Counted from the first letter of the stretch, positions 19,295 through 28,773 are shown. The stretch is 58,945 nucleotides of DNA from Candidatus Omnitrophota bacterium (GCA_043812495.1 JBDRMG010000021.1:1-58945); one strand, 5' to 3'. The notes: generated by a model from the letters alone, not told the origin. Translations and numbers: made by a program.

Positions 19295-20208
19295 GAATTG
19301 TTTCCTCGTTGATTAATAATGGCGTCGGTCATATGCGCGACATCTTTGATTTCTCTGACGTCATGGACGCGCACGATATGCGCGCCATTCATAATAGCTG
19401 CCGTTATGGTTGCGGCTGTCCCCATCAGCCGCTCATTCACTTCTCTTTTTAACACCTTTCCAATAAATGACTTACGCGAGGTTCCTATCAGGAGGGGGAA
19501 ATTTAAATAGCCAAACTCCTGCAATCTCTGGATAATCTCACAATTGTGCTCAACGGTTTTCCCAAAACCAATACCGGGATCAATTATAATTCTATCTGAT
19601 TGTATGCCAATTTCCAAGCATTTTTCAATGGATTTTACTAATTCACCGTAGATTTCATTAATGAGATTTTTGTAGTGAATATTTTTCTGCATGGTCCGCG
19701 GCGTACCGCGCATATGCATCAGAATAATCGCGGCTTTATAATTCTTGACCATGCGTAAAAGTTTCTTGTTGAGAGCGACACCCAGAATGTCATTCACGAT
19801 ACTTGCTCCGGCCTCAAGGGCTTCCCGGGCCACGCGCTCTTTGTAGGTATCCACAGAAATGGGTTTTTTGATCAAGCGAGAAAGTTTTTTGATGACAGGA
19901 ATGATGCGCCGAATTTCTTCTTGCGCGGAAATTTGCTTGGCCCCCGGCCGCGTGGACTCTCCGCCGACATCAATCATGTCTGCGCCTTCGCGAATCATCC
20001 GATGAGCCTTCGCTACAATTTGATCAACACTGCGTGAATGGTAAAGACAGCCGTCTTGACTGAAGGAATCCGGGGTGATATTGAGAATCCCCATAATTTT
20101 TGTCGTGGATCCGAGTATCAGACGATGATGACGTGCCTGAACGATGAATCTTTTTCTTTTAAATGTGCGCTGTGTAGAGATACTTTGCGCCTTGGGTGTG
20201 AAAATCAT
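19291..20208 (-). CDS. folP: Dihydropteroate synthase
   Basis: MGILNITPDSFS, GGESTRPG, DPGIGFGK, SRKSFIG and RVHDV motifs. Confidence 0.96.
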   Translation of the reverse strand: MIFTPKAQSISTQRTFKRKRFIVQARHHRLILGSTTKIMGILNITPDSFSQDGCLYHSRSVDQIVAKAHRMIREGADMIDVGGESTRPGAKQISAQEEIRRIIPVIKKLSRLIKKPISVDTYKERVAREALEAGASIVNDILGVALNKKLLRMVKNYKAAIILMHMRGTPRTMQKNIHYKNLINEIYGELVKSIEKCLEIGIQSDRIIIDPGIGFGKTVEHNCEIIQRLQEFGYLNFPLLIGTSRKSFIGKVLKREVNERLMGTAATITAAIMNGAHIVRVHDVREIKDVAHMTDAIINQRGNNS

Positions 20209-20245
20209 GATTATTTGAGGTCTTTGAGGAAAAACTTAGAATTAC

Positions 20246-22156
20246 CTATGATGAAGCCGGATGATTATCTTTGGAATCTTGGGGCTTCTGATCCTGCAGG
20301 CCAAGGAAGGCCTTGGCTTCATCGATATCAAGAACTTCTTTTTCCATGAGTCCCTGGACCAGTTTCTCCAGCTTTTCCCTATTTTCGGAAAGCAATTTTT
20401 TTGCCCGATCATAGGAATGGTCGACAAATTGACGAACCTCGACATCGATTTGCTTAGCTGTTTCTTCGCTGTAATCTCTTTGTTCCATCATGTCGCGGCC
20501 CAAGAAAAGTTGATGGTGATGACGGCCGAGTGTCAGCGTGCCCAATTTTTCACTCATACCGTACTCGCAAACCATTTTTCGCGCAATCTGAGTGGCTGTT
20601 TCCAAGTCGTTCTGCGCACCGGTGGTCAGGTCTTCAAGACAAACTTCTTCGGCTGCGCGCCCCCCTAAGGACAATGTAATGCGCCCCAAGAGTTCTTTTT
20701 TACTCCAATAGTGTCGATCTTCAATAGGCGGGGTCAATGTATAACCGCCGGCCATTCCCCGAGGAATAATAGATACTTTACTAAACGTATCAACTTCGTC
20801 AATCAAGAGAGATAATAAGGCGTGGCCTGCTTCATGATAGGCGGTGATTTCTTTTTCGCGTTTAGAGATCGTACGGCTTTTCTTCTCTGGACCCATAGTG
20901 ACGCGCTCAATGGCAGCCAGCATCTCATCCATCTCAACAGCGTCTTTGTTTTTGCGGGCGGCTAAAAGCGCGGCTTCATTGCAAACGTTGGCCAAATCAG
21001 CTCCGGAAAAATACACTGTTTGGCGAGCGACCTTTTTAAGGTCTACATTCACTGCTAGCTTGATATTCTTTGTATGGACTTTTAGGATTGCTTCACGACC
21101 CAAGATATCAGGGAGCGGAACGACAATTTGCCGGTCGAAACGTCCTGGCCTAAGAAGGGCTGGATCAAGAGTGTCAGGTCTATTGGTTGCCGCAATAAGA
21201 ATAAGGCCTGCGTGCGTATCAAATCCGTCCATTTCAACCAGAAGGGCGTTGAGCGTCTGTTCTCTTTCATCGTGACCGCCGCCGATTCCTGAAAATCTCA
21301 AGCGACCGACCGCATCGATTTCATCGATAAAAATGATACATCCCGTACCTGAGAGTGTTGCTGCTTTTCGACCTTGCTCAAAGAGGTCGCGCACGCGCGA
21401 AGCGCCGACACCGACGAACATTTCCACAAAGTCCGAACCGCTTAAGGGAAAAAACGGAACACCGGCTTCACCCGCCACGGCCTTGGCCAAAAGGGTTTTT
21501 CCTGTTCCGGGCGCGCCGATAAGAAGAACACCTTTGGGAATCTTTCCGCCGAGTTTCTGGAATCTCTTAGGCTCTTTTAAGAATTCAATGACTTCCTGAA
21601 GCTCTTCTTTGGATTCATCGACGCCCGCCACATCATCGAACGTCACACGAGCATTTTTGTTGGCATCCATTTTGGCCCGGCTTTTGCCGAAGGACCAGAT
21701 TTTGTTTCCTATTTGCGCTCCCCTGTAGGACATTAACCAAAAGAAAAGAATCAGAAGCCCAATCGGCAAGAGATTAATAAGAAGCGAGCTCCAAAAAACT
21801 CTGGGTTGCTCAACGGTAAAATCCTTTACATCGGAGCGAATTAAGTCAAGAATCGCTTCATCGTCTTGGGGGATTGTGACCTTAAATGTTGAACCATCGC
21901 TGAACCGACCTTCGAGCTCATTCTCCCTTTTGGTGAGGGATTCAATTTTATTGGTTTCATTATTGTCTTTCAAAAGAGAATAGAACTCGCTATATTTTAA
22001 TTGCCGAGGGCTTGTGACCGTTGTATTGATATTCGCCTGACTTACAAAAATGATGGTCACTAACGCGATCGAAATCCAAATAAACATATTGTTATTTGGT
22101 TGCGGTGGTAAGCGTTTTTTTAGGGGTGTGCGTTTGATCGGTTTTCTTGGTTCCAT
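20246..22156 (-). CDS. ftsH: ATP-dependent zinc metalloprotease FtsH
   Basis: Two TMs, [20 protein letters not shown] and HEAGH motifs. Confidence 0.97.
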   Translation of the reverse strand: MEPRKPIKRTPLKKRLPPQPNNNMFIWISIALVTIIFVSQANINTTVTSPRQLKYSEFYSLLKDNNETNKIESLTKRENELEGRFSDGSTFKVTIPQDDEAILDLIRSDVKDFTVEQPRVFWSSLLINLLPIGLLILFFWLMSYRGAQIGNKIWSFGKSRAKMDANKNARVTFDDVAGVDESKEELQEVIEFLKEPKRFQKLGGKIPKGVLLIGAPGTGKTLLAKAVAGEAGVPFFPLSGSDFVEMFVGVGASRVRDLFEQGRKAATLSGTGCIIFIDEIDAVGRLRFSGIGGGHDEREQTLNALLVEMDGFDTHAGLILIAATNRPDTLDPALLRPGRFDRQIVVPLPDILGREAILKVHTKNIKLAVNVDLKKVARQTVYFSGADLANVCNEAALLAARKNKDAVEMDEMLAAIERVTMGPEKKSRTISKREKEITAYHEAGHALLSLLIDEVDTFSKVSIIPRGMAGGYTLTPPIEDRHYWSKKELLGRITLSLGGRAAEEVCLEDLTTGAQNDLETATQIARKMVCEYGMSEKLGTLTLGRHHHQLFLGRDMMEQRDYSEETAKQIDVEVRQFVDHSYDRAKKLLSENREKLEKLVQGLMEKEVLDIDEAKAFLGLQDQKPQDSKDNHPASS

Positions 22157-22196
22157 TTTTTCCTCGGAGTTAATTAAGATTTATTTTAGTTCATCA

Positions 22197-22225
22197 ATTA
22201 TACGCATAATCCGGAGATTTATCAA
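22197..22225 (-). promoter_or_regulatory. Sigma70 promoter of ftsH
   Basis: TTGATA-N17-TATAAT. Confidence 0.65.
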
Positions 22226-23220
22226 GTCTTTCTTAGGCTCAAAATGACCGAATGACGTGTTTTTTGAATAGAAATATTTTGAGGCAAATGAACAATCGCA
22301 TTAACTGTTCGACGAGTTAGAAGGTCTTCGACTTCTCTCCAGTGAATGAGTGTCAGTCGGCGCGTATTTCCTTTGATTCTTTCAATAGCCAATCGGATGA
22401 CCATTCGCTGAAGGGCAGGATGCAGGCTAAGGAATTTCTCTAAAGACAAGATGATTTTTTCTTTTTGCGTACCGGGTTTGATGATTTTCTCAAGCGCCAG
22501 GGCAGCGTGATGAGTGATAAAATCATAATCCGTAAGAGTGACATCCGAAAGATGAGATAAAACTTTCTTAACGTTCGGATTGAAATTCTTTTCAAGATAA
22601 GGAAGGAGATCAAGGCGTACCCTGTTGCGGAAGAAATTCTTATTTTTATTGGTCGCATCCGTGCAGAATTTGGCCTTCTTTTTTCTTAAAAAAGCCAGGA
22701 CCTCTTTTCTTTTAACATTAAGCAGCGGGCGCACAAAAAGACAATCATTGATTTGACGTTTGGTGATTATACCGCGCAACCCAGACAAACCTGTCCCTCG
22801 CAAGACGCGCATCAGGACTGTTTCCGCGAGATCATCTTGTGTGTGGCCCAGGGCAATCGCTTGGGCAGAGTAACGCTTAGCTGTTTTCTTGAAGAAAGCA
22901 AAACGTTGATGGCGGGCCCATTCCTCTATTGATCCTTTTGGTTGCGCGCGCCGGTGGGGCGCTTTAGCAGTTACAAAAGGATATCCGAATCCTTCCGCTA
23001 TCTTTCTAGTGAAATCTTGATCTTTATCGGAATCTTTTCTTAATTGATGGTTGAAATGAGCAACGATTAGCTGTAAGCCCATTGTAGAGCGCAGATGATT
23101 CAATACATGGAGAAGGGCCACGGAATCCGGTCCGCCCGAAACGCCAACGATAATTCTATCACCAACACTAAAGAGCTTATCGGCCATAATGGTTTGTTTG
23201 ACTTTTGTGATCATATCCAT
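22222..23220 (-). CDS. tilS: tRNA(Ile)-lysidine synthase
   Basis: VSGGPDS, HTQDD.AET, RPLL and RNRVR motifs. Confidence 0.95.
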   Translation of the reverse strand: MDMITKVKQTIMADKLFSVGDRIIVGVSGGPDSVALLHVLNHLRSTMGLQLIVAHFNHQLRKDSDKDQDFTRKIAEGFGYPFVTAKAPHRRAQPKGSIEEWARHQRFAFFKKTAKRYSAQAIALGHTQDDLAETVLMRVLRGTGLSGLRGIITKRQINDCLFVRPLLNVKRKEVLAFLRKKKAKFCTDATNKNKNFFRNRVRLDLLPYLEKNFNPNVKKVLSHLSDVTLTDYDFITHHAALALEKIIKPGTQKEKIILSLEKFLSLHPALQRMVIRLAIERIKGNTRRLTLIHWREVEDLLTRRTVNAIVHLPQNISIQKTRHSVILSLRKT

Positions 23221-23268
23221 AGAAATGTGATAACGGTAACGTGCCGTCAGAAAAACAAATTTTAGAAA

Positions 23269-23388
23269 TTAAAACTTATCCATGTATTTTACGCCGACAT
23301 AGGCGATCAAGGCCAATAGGATGAGCATGAAAATGAGGACCCCTGCAATTCTCAGTAATTCCGGAGGCGGTGGGAAAGAATAAGTCAA
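23269..23388 (-). CDS. Putative 39-aa single-TM small protein
   Basis: TTG start after GGAG; MTYSFPPPPELLRIAGVLIFMLILLALIAYVGVKYMDKF fills the gap between the nuclease gene and tilS. Confidence 0.55.
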   Translation of the reverse strand: MTYSFPPPPELLRIAGVLIFMLILLALIAYVGVKYMDKF

Positions 23389-23390
23389 TA

Positions 23391-23933
23391 CTACTCTCCT
23401 TGCAGCCCTCGTTTTTCTTGTCGGGCTTCTTGGTAGGCGGCCCTTAGCTCATCGATATATTTATCATTGGGCGGAATCGTTCTTAAAGAGGCATAACCCT
23501 GGCGAAGGATTTCGGCGTTGACAAACGTATCATCCTCTAGAAAAACATAGGCTAGAGTGTAAAAATCGTCGTCTTTTCTTTGGACGTCGAATTCAAGACG
23601 TACATACTTTTTAACGAGAAGCTTCTGGGTAAATTGGAAGGCGCGTTCATTAACGGATATCAGAGGATCCACTTCTCTTATGATAATATTGTACTCATTC
23701 CTTTTAAATTCTTTCTTTTTTTTGGGCACTTCCGGAGCCTTCAAGCCGATGAGCCGAATTTTTTCACCGTCTTCAAGAATAAAACTATCGGTGCTAAGCA
23801 CCTTGTCGACAAGGACGTTCTCATATTTTGATGTATCCTGAAATAGCATCTGGGCGCGGCCGCTGGTTGCAAGAAGCAGACCGCTTGAATGAACACAACA
23901 TAAGAGAATGAGATATCTAATCAAGACTTTCAT
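23391..23933 (-). CDS. Exported thermonuclease (SNase)-fold protein, possibly inactive
   Basis: KIRLIG..APE, LAYV, VNAEILRQGYA and A..EAR..KRGL motifs; signal peptide. Confidence 0.85.
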   Translation of the reverse strand: MKVLIRYLILLCCVHSSGLLLATSGRAQMLFQDTSKYENVLVDKVLSTDSFILEDGEKIRLIGLKAPEVPKKKKEFKRNEYNIIIREVDPLISVNERAFQFTQKLLVKKYVRLEFDVQRKDDDFYTLAYVFLEDDTFVNAEILRQGYASLRTIPPNDKYIDELRAAYQEARQEKRGLQGE

Positions 23934-23948
23934 AGAAAACGATTTAAC

Positions 23949-24851
23949 CTATCTTTCCGTGGGTGGTTGCTGTTGGCTTTCTGAACCACTGGACGTTGAG
24001 TCCGAGAAATACGTTTGTGTGGTGATGTCTTCCCCGGGAATAGGCACAGACGAGTCGTAGTCATCCGGGTGCAGGACATGATCTTCCTTAGGATTATCAG
24101 TTGGTTTCCCGTCGCTGATGTGAATTTCACTTTTTAAAATATTTTGAAAGAGATCCGGGGTTTCACCGTCATAATCATCAACAAGGTCTTTCCACTTTCC
24201 CTTCTCGGAGTATTCGCGGACATGATCCCGAATGCGTTTGGCCCAATTCATTAACCGCTGGATGTCTTCCAAAGAAAGGGGAACCATCGGACCTAGTTTT
24301 CCGTTTTGGTCAACGTCAGTCTTTTGTCTTTGCGAAACACTCTTTTGGCTAAGGGGCCGCCCCTGAGAATCAAATCCTTGGACTACAATCCTGTCTTCGA
24401 GAACATTAAACTGGGCAAGGACATCCGAGACGGTCTCCCATGCTGTGCCTCGCGCCGCGCCGCTTGCAACGGGCGTTCTGACTTCAAAAGAAGAATTGGG
24501 CTGAAGATTCTCGATAATGGAAAATACGCGGCCCTTCGATATTTTGACCTGTTGGTTTAATTTCTCAATAGAAATTTCTGTTTCGGGTCCTAAGCTGACG
24601 ATGTTTTTCAGCTTTTTATCCAAAGAGATATCGCATGTGGCTTTTTCGGAAGTTTTAATAACCGATTTTTCATCAACCTTCATGCCCCGTGTAGCCGGCA
24701 ACCATTGCGCATTTGGCGCTTTAATAAAAACAGAACCATCCATGTGGATGACGGTTGCCTGCATTGCGTCCTTGGCGTGCGCTAGGGCCAATGACATGAA
24801 TACAAAGCACGTGATTAAGAAAATTGGAATGGTTCTTAAGCGATAGAACAT
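23949..24851 (-). CDS. Exported FecR-domain protein
   Basis: AAGGAG RBS, signal peptide, and FEVRTPVA..AARGT motif. Confidence 0.75.
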   Translation of the reverse strand: MFYRLRTIPIFLITCFVFMSLALAHAKDAMQATVIHMDGSVFIKAPNAQWLPATRGMKVDEKSVIKTSEKATCDISLDKKLKNIVSLGPETEISIEKLNQQVKISKGRVFSIIENLQPNSSFEVRTPVASGAARGTAWETVSDVLAQFNVLEDRIVVQGFDSQGRPLSQKSVSQRQKTDVDQNGKLGPMVPLSLEDIQRLMNWAKRIRDHVREYSEKGKWKDLVDDYDGETPDLFQNILKSEIHISDGKPTDNPKEDHVLHPDDYDSSVPIPGEDITTQTYFSDSTSSGSESQQQPPTER

Positions 24852-25035
24852 GCTATTCTCCTTCTTATTGGTCTTTTCCTTATTAATGGAACAGTCAATA
24901 ATATTCTCTCTATACGAGAAAGAAGACCTAATATTGACTTCCACCGTTCCTTTAATAAAGAGAAAGTCAATAAGGTATGTTTAATCATCGTTAAGGTTGA
25001 AATTCAGGAATCCCATTTGATCGCACATAATATCT

Positions 25036-25144
25036 TGGTAGCGGGGGAGAGATTCGCCCGCCCTGAACTTTAACGGTTCAGGGCAAGGTCTCGCCCCGTG
25101 CCCTGTCCCGCTATTGCGGGACAACGGGGCGGAAACTCTCGACG
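25036..25144 (-). pseudogene. tRNA-Met 3' fragment (with CCA) split in the T-loop by a 77-nt palindromic insert
   Basis: Plus strand TGGTAGCGGGGGAGAGATTCG[25057-25133]AACTCTCGACG matches the intact tRNA at 28 of 29 nt. Confidence 0.8.
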
Positions 25145-25192
25145 TTACCAGCAGTAACTCAATATATTCAATGGCATTCTAGCCTTATTAAG

Positions 25193-25286
25193 TAGCGGGG
25201 GTCGGATTTGTCCGTTCCGTTAAAATTGCAAATTTTAACGGACCGAGACATCGTCATCCCGACATTTGTCGGGATGACGGGAACCG
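25193..25286 (-). pseudogene. Second tRNA 3' fragment split in the T-loop by a 71-nt palindromic insert
   Basis: Plus strand TAGCGGGGGTCGGATTTG[25211-25281]AACCG. Confidence 0.65.
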
Positions 25287-25296
25287 CTATTAATAA

Positions 25297-25370
25297 TAGC
25301 GGGGGAGAGACTCGAACTCTCGACGCCGCGGGTATGAGCCGCGTGCTCTGACCAACTGAGCTACCCCGCC
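25297..25370 (-). tRNA. tRNA-Met (CAT), elongator type, CCA not encoded
   Basis: GGCGGGGTAGCTCAGTTGGTCAGAGCACGCGGCTCATACCCGCGGCGTCGAGAGTTCGAGTCTCTCCCCCGCTA folds as a cloverleaf. Confidence 0.93.
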
Positions 25371-25389
25371 ATAAAATCAATTTGAGACG

Positions 25390-25531
25390 TGAGTCCTTCG
25401 ACTCGCTCATTTCATTCGCTCGCTTGAGGATGGTTCGCCTCGCTTCTTCCAAGATTTATGGCGAGTCCCTCGACTACTCTCGGGATGGTGAGCTTGTCGA
25501 ACCACGAAGCGAGTCGAACCGCTACCCCGCC
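25390..25531. repeat. Nested REP-like palindromes ending in a duplicate of the tRNA 5' end
   Basis: GTCCTTCGACTCGCTC...GAGGAT, TCCCTCGACTACTCTCGGGA and TGGTGAGCTTGTCGAACCA; GCTACCCCGCC at both 25360-25370 and 25521-25531. Confidence 0.7.
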
Positions 25532-25646
25532 TTAAGAACCTATGGTTGGGAATAATAAATGAATTAAGAAATCGTCAAGATTCTACGTGAAATGAAGGGA
25601 AATTTCAAGACATATTTCCCTCATGAGGATGGGCGCAAGGGATCTT

Positions 25647-25946
25647 TCAAATATAGAAGATCACGTAAAGAAGGAAGACGATGATTAATGCAGACAAGAT
25701 ATAGAAATCATTAAAATAAAAAAAGTCTTTAAAGCGCTCAGAGGACGTGTATTTGAATTGGATGGTTTCTTCGGTTACATCCCCCGTATTTTTTAAATCG
25801 AGAACTTCGCTTCTTTTCAATCGCAAAAACTGGCCGGCGATGCGATAGGCTTGGAGCTTGCGATCTTCCACTAAGTCCATGATTATTTTTTCGGATGTGC
25901 CCAGCGCTTGCGCAGCTTCCCGCACAGAAATAAATTGGTCAGCCAT
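25647..25946 (-). CDS. Excisionase/MerR-like (HTH_17) domain protein with C-terminal TM helix
   Basis: ISVREAAQALGTSE..I..LV....L.AYRIAGQFLRL.R.EV; hydrophobic tail FYILSALIIVFLLYVIFYI. Confidence 0.8.
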   Translation of the reverse strand: MADQFISVREAAQALGTSEKIIMDLVEDRKLQAYRIAGQFLRLKRSEVLDLKNTGDVTEETIQFKYTSSERFKDFFYFNDFYILSALIIVFLLYVIFYI

Positions 25947-25947
25947 A

Positions 25948-26463
25948 TTATTTTATCTTGGTCGATGAGGCCCACTCATCAATGCGTGAACGTTCGAATT
26001 TCCAGCCATTGCCTTCTTTGGTGGCCGGGATTTGCCCTGAATTAGCCAGCTCGACGATAGAGGAGGTGTCAATCTCAAGGTATTTGGCTAATTCATCCGC
26101 ATCCAAATATTCATCCAGCATTTGGCATTTTCCCTGAAAGACAGCGCCTTCGACCACATTGAGTTTTGGCGTGATGATATTACCGTTTAATATGCCGGTG
26201 GGCATAAGGACCAGCATTCTCTTAGCGACAATATCACCCTTGACACGTCCGGCAATAATAATATTTTCTCCTGAAATGTGAGCGATGACATTGGCTGTAT
26301 TGCCGACCGTTAACGTTCCCCGGGTTTCTAGTGTTCCTTCAAATTTTCCGTTAATTTTTAAGTTGACCGGATCCTTAAAAGATAATGTCCCTTGCATTTT
26401 TGCATTGATTTCAATCACCTTTTCATCTGTATTGCCCTGTTCTTTTCGTTCTCGTAAGGCCAT
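25948..26463 (-). CDS. Bactofilin (polymer-forming cytoskeletal protein) fused to a C-terminal HTH_17 domain
   Basis: Beta-helix pattern MQGTL..LKINGKFEGTL...LTVG.TANVIAHI....IIIAGRVKGDI...GNI.TPKL.V.EGAVFQGKCQM, then YLDADELAKYL.I....I..LA..GQIPA.K.GNGWKF.R..IDEW; GAAGGAGG RBS. Confidence 0.88.
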   Translation of the reverse strand: MALRERKEQGNTDEKVIEINAKMQGTLSFKDPVNLKINGKFEGTLETRGTLTVGNTANVIAHISGENIIIAGRVKGDIVAKRMLVLMPTGILNGNIITPKLNVVEGAVFQGKCQMLDEYLDADELAKYLEIDTSSIVELANSGQIPATKEGNGWKFERSRIDEWASSTKIK

Positions 26464-26478
26464 CGTCAACCTCCTTCA

Positions 26479-26922
26479 TTACTCGTTAAATTTTTCGTCT
26501 AAACGCTTTTCAAAAGAACGTAATCCTATCAAGATGATGAAAACAGCAATCGCGACAACAAAAGCCGCGGTATAATCACCGGAGCCAACGGCCATGCCGA
26601 TTCCTGCGACAATCCAAAGGGTCGCTGCTGTTGTTAATCCTCGGACGCCGCGGCCGCCTTGAATAATCGTCCCCGCACATAGAAATCCAACGCCTGTGAC
26701 AATTCCCGAGATAATACGGGTCGGGTCGACCGTAGTTACATTTTTATATATATCAAAAACATGAAAGGAAGTCAACACAATCAAAGCTGAGCCTACACCC
26801 ACAAGAACGTGGGTTCTCAAGCCCGCTTCCTTATGACGGACACCTCTTTCCGCTCCGATCAATCCGCAAAGTATAACCGTTAAAAGTATTCTCCAAACAA
26901 TGACAAGAAATCCCGTACTCAA
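26479..26922 (-). CDS. MgtC/SapB family membrane protein
   Basis: IGAER, AGLRTH.LV, DPTRI...IVTGVGFL.AG and GLTTAATLW motifs. Confidence 0.92.
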   Translation of the reverse strand: MSTGFLVIVWRILLTVILCGLIGAERGVRHKEAGLRTHVLVGVGSALIVLTSFHVFDIYKNVTTVDPTRIISGIVTGVGFLCAGTIIQGGRGVRGLTTAATLWIVAGIGMAVGSGDYTAAFVVAIAVFIILIGLRSFEKRLDEKFNE

Positions 26923-27911
26923 TGCGACCCTCCTTTTTTTAAAAGATGATAACCAAGCCCTGCGACCATAGCTGCGTTATCCATGCAGTATGTGAGAGCA
27001 GGAAAGTAAACATCAATCTTGTTTTTCTGACAAACCTGGATGAGGCGTTTTCGCAAAGACGAATTGGCGGCTACGCCTCCCCCCACCAGAAGTGTATTTA
27101 AGTTTTTTCGATGGCAAACGGCGAGGCATTTATTCACAAGTGACGTAACGACGCTTTTCTGAAAAGCATAAGCAATTTTCTCAATAGGAATGGCTTTTCG
27201 ATTTTTATACGATCGCAAATGATAGAGAACAGAGGTCTTCAGGCCGCTAAAACTGAAATCATTAGTGTTTCTAAGATCCGCGCTGGGAAATCGAATGTCT
27301 TGATTTTTTCCATTTCTGGCCAATCGGTCAATGACAGGTCCGCCGGGAAATCCAAGATCAAGCAATCGTGCCACTTTATCAAAAGCTTCACCCGCTGCAT
27401 CATCTCGGGTTTGACCCAGTGGCGTAAAGGTCGTGAAATTCTTCATAAGAAAAAGACTCGTATGTCCGCCGGAAACAACCAATCCTAAAGCCGGCAATCC
27501 GGGCCGCATTTTCTTAGACGCATCGCGAACGGTTTCCTTCCGCTTTGATAAAAAATTTGAATACAGATGAGCGTGAATATGATTGACTTCCGCTAGAGGT
27601 TTCTTGAGGGCAAAAGAAAGCGCGCGACCGAAAGAGACACCGACAAGAAGGGATCCCACAAGACCCGGATAAGCGGTGACGGCAATCCCACCGATTGATT
27701 TCAATGGCAGATTGGCCTTTTTCAGTGCCTGCTGCGTGACAAGGTTGATCAACTCAAGATGACGCCGGGATGCGATTTCCGGGATGATGCCTCCATATCG
27801 GGCATGTTCCTTTAAGCTCGAGGCAATGATGCTGGAACGAATCCATCGCCCATTTTCGACGATAGCGGTGGCTGTTTCATCGCAGGATGTTTCAATTCCG
27901 AGAATGTTCAT
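26919..27911 (-). CDS. tsaD: tRNA threonylcarbamoyltransferase
   Basis: LGIETSCDET, NHIHAH, VSGGHT, DDAAGEAFDK and DNAAM motifs. Confidence 0.96.
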   Translation of the reverse strand: MNILGIETSCDETATAIVENGRWIRSSIIASSLKEHARYGGIIPEIASRRHLELINLVTQQALKKANLPLKSIGGIAVTAYPGLVGSLLVGVSFGRALSFALKKPLAEVNHIHAHLYSNFLSKRKETVRDASKKMRPGLPALGLVVSGGHTSLFLMKNFTTFTPLGQTRDDAAGEAFDKVARLLDLGFPGGPVIDRLARNGKNQDIRFPSADLRNTNDFSFSGLKTSVLYHLRSYKNRKAIPIEKIAYAFQKSVVTSLVNKCLAVCHRKNLNTLLVGGGVAANSSLRKRLIQVCQKNKIDVYFPALTYCMDNAAMVAGLGYHLLKKGGSH

Positions 27912-28764
27912 AAGAAGCTTTCGTTTTTAGCAGTTGCGTGACGGTGACGAATTCAAAACCTTCGCGGGTTAGAAGTTCCATTTGTTCCTTGAGGACATTC
28001 AAGGTGAGGCGTCGGTCATGGCCGATGCCGATCGCGTACCCTCTTTTTTGGGCAATACGCGTGAGTTGCGCCAACTGGTTGGTGATATAATCTTGATCAT
28101 TTTCGTTATCCAAAAAAACATCTCGCGAAACAAAAGGTAGATCAAACACGCGTGAGGTTGATTGACCAACCGATTGGCTTGTAACTAAGCTGTCGACAAA
28201 ATAAAGATTTTTTTTCTTAAGATCCGCAAAAATTGTTTTCATGAGAGCGGGATCTTCCGTTGCCTTTGAGCCCATATGATTGCTGATGCCGACAGCAAAG
28301 GATACGCTTTTAAGGGCATCTCCCAGGATGTTTTGTATCTCTTCTTGAGACATATCGGTGTTAATCACATAGTTTTTAGGATACTCTTCATGGCTTTCGT
28401 AAGGCTCCAGAGGAAGATGCAAGATAACATCTTTATGGGAATCATGGGCGCATTGAGCGATTGTATCTGAATGAGGAAGATTTGGCAAAATAGAGATTGT
28501 TAAAGGATAGCCTATCTCCTTAAGAATTTGACAATGCTGGGCATTATATCCCCAATCGTCGATGATGATGGCTATCTTCGGGTGTATAGTTTTCTTTCTT
28601 GCTTCCAAAGGACGTTCGATTGTTACCGGTCGTTTTTGGACCAGGGCTTTTGGGAGGCGGTTACGTACAAGAAAAAAAGTCTCTAGCGCGACCAATAGGA
28701 TTAGCGCAAAAATGAGAGTATTCTTAAAATCGGGGTCGCGCTTTTTTATTTTCATTAAGATCAT
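27892..28764 (-). CDS. Divergent polysaccharide deacetylase family protein (YibQ-like)
   Basis: IAIIIDD.G, LHLPLEP, NHMGS, FVDS, RDVFLDN and IGH motifs. Confidence 0.92.
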   Translation of the reverse strand: MILMKIKKRDPDFKNTLIFALILLVALETFFLVRNRLPKALVQKRPVTIERPLEARKKTIHPKIAIIIDDWGYNAQHCQILKEIGYPLTISILPNLPHSDTIAQCAHDSHKDVILHLPLEPYESHEEYPKNYVINTDMSQEEIQNILGDALKSVSFAVGISNHMGSKATEDPALMKTIFADLKKKNLYFVDSLVTSQSVGQSTSRVFDLPFVSRDVFLDNENDQDYITNQLAQLTRIAQKRGYAIGIGHDRRLTLNVLKEQMELLTREGFEFVTVTQLLKTKASYEHSRN

Positions 28765-28773
28765 GCTACAAAA

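Noticed and set aside
24888-24973. Repeated TATTGACT/AGTCAATA motifs upstream of the FecR gene
   Set aside because: Could be operator or -35 elements, but they are short, AT-rich and irregularly spaced; not supportable.
25168-25452. 94-aa ORF in the track
   Set aside because: Overlaps the tRNA and palindromes; spurious.
25036-25531. CRISPR array or intron-containing tRNA
   Set aside because: No constant repeat-spacer period and no cas genes; removing the inserts yields only partial tRNAs.
25036-25946. Prophage or integrative element at tRNA-Met, suggested by excisionase-like HTHs and tRNA end duplication
   Set aside because: No integrase or phage genes; the duplicated ends enclose under 300 bp; the HTH genes are upstream of the tRNA and coupled to a housekeeping operon.
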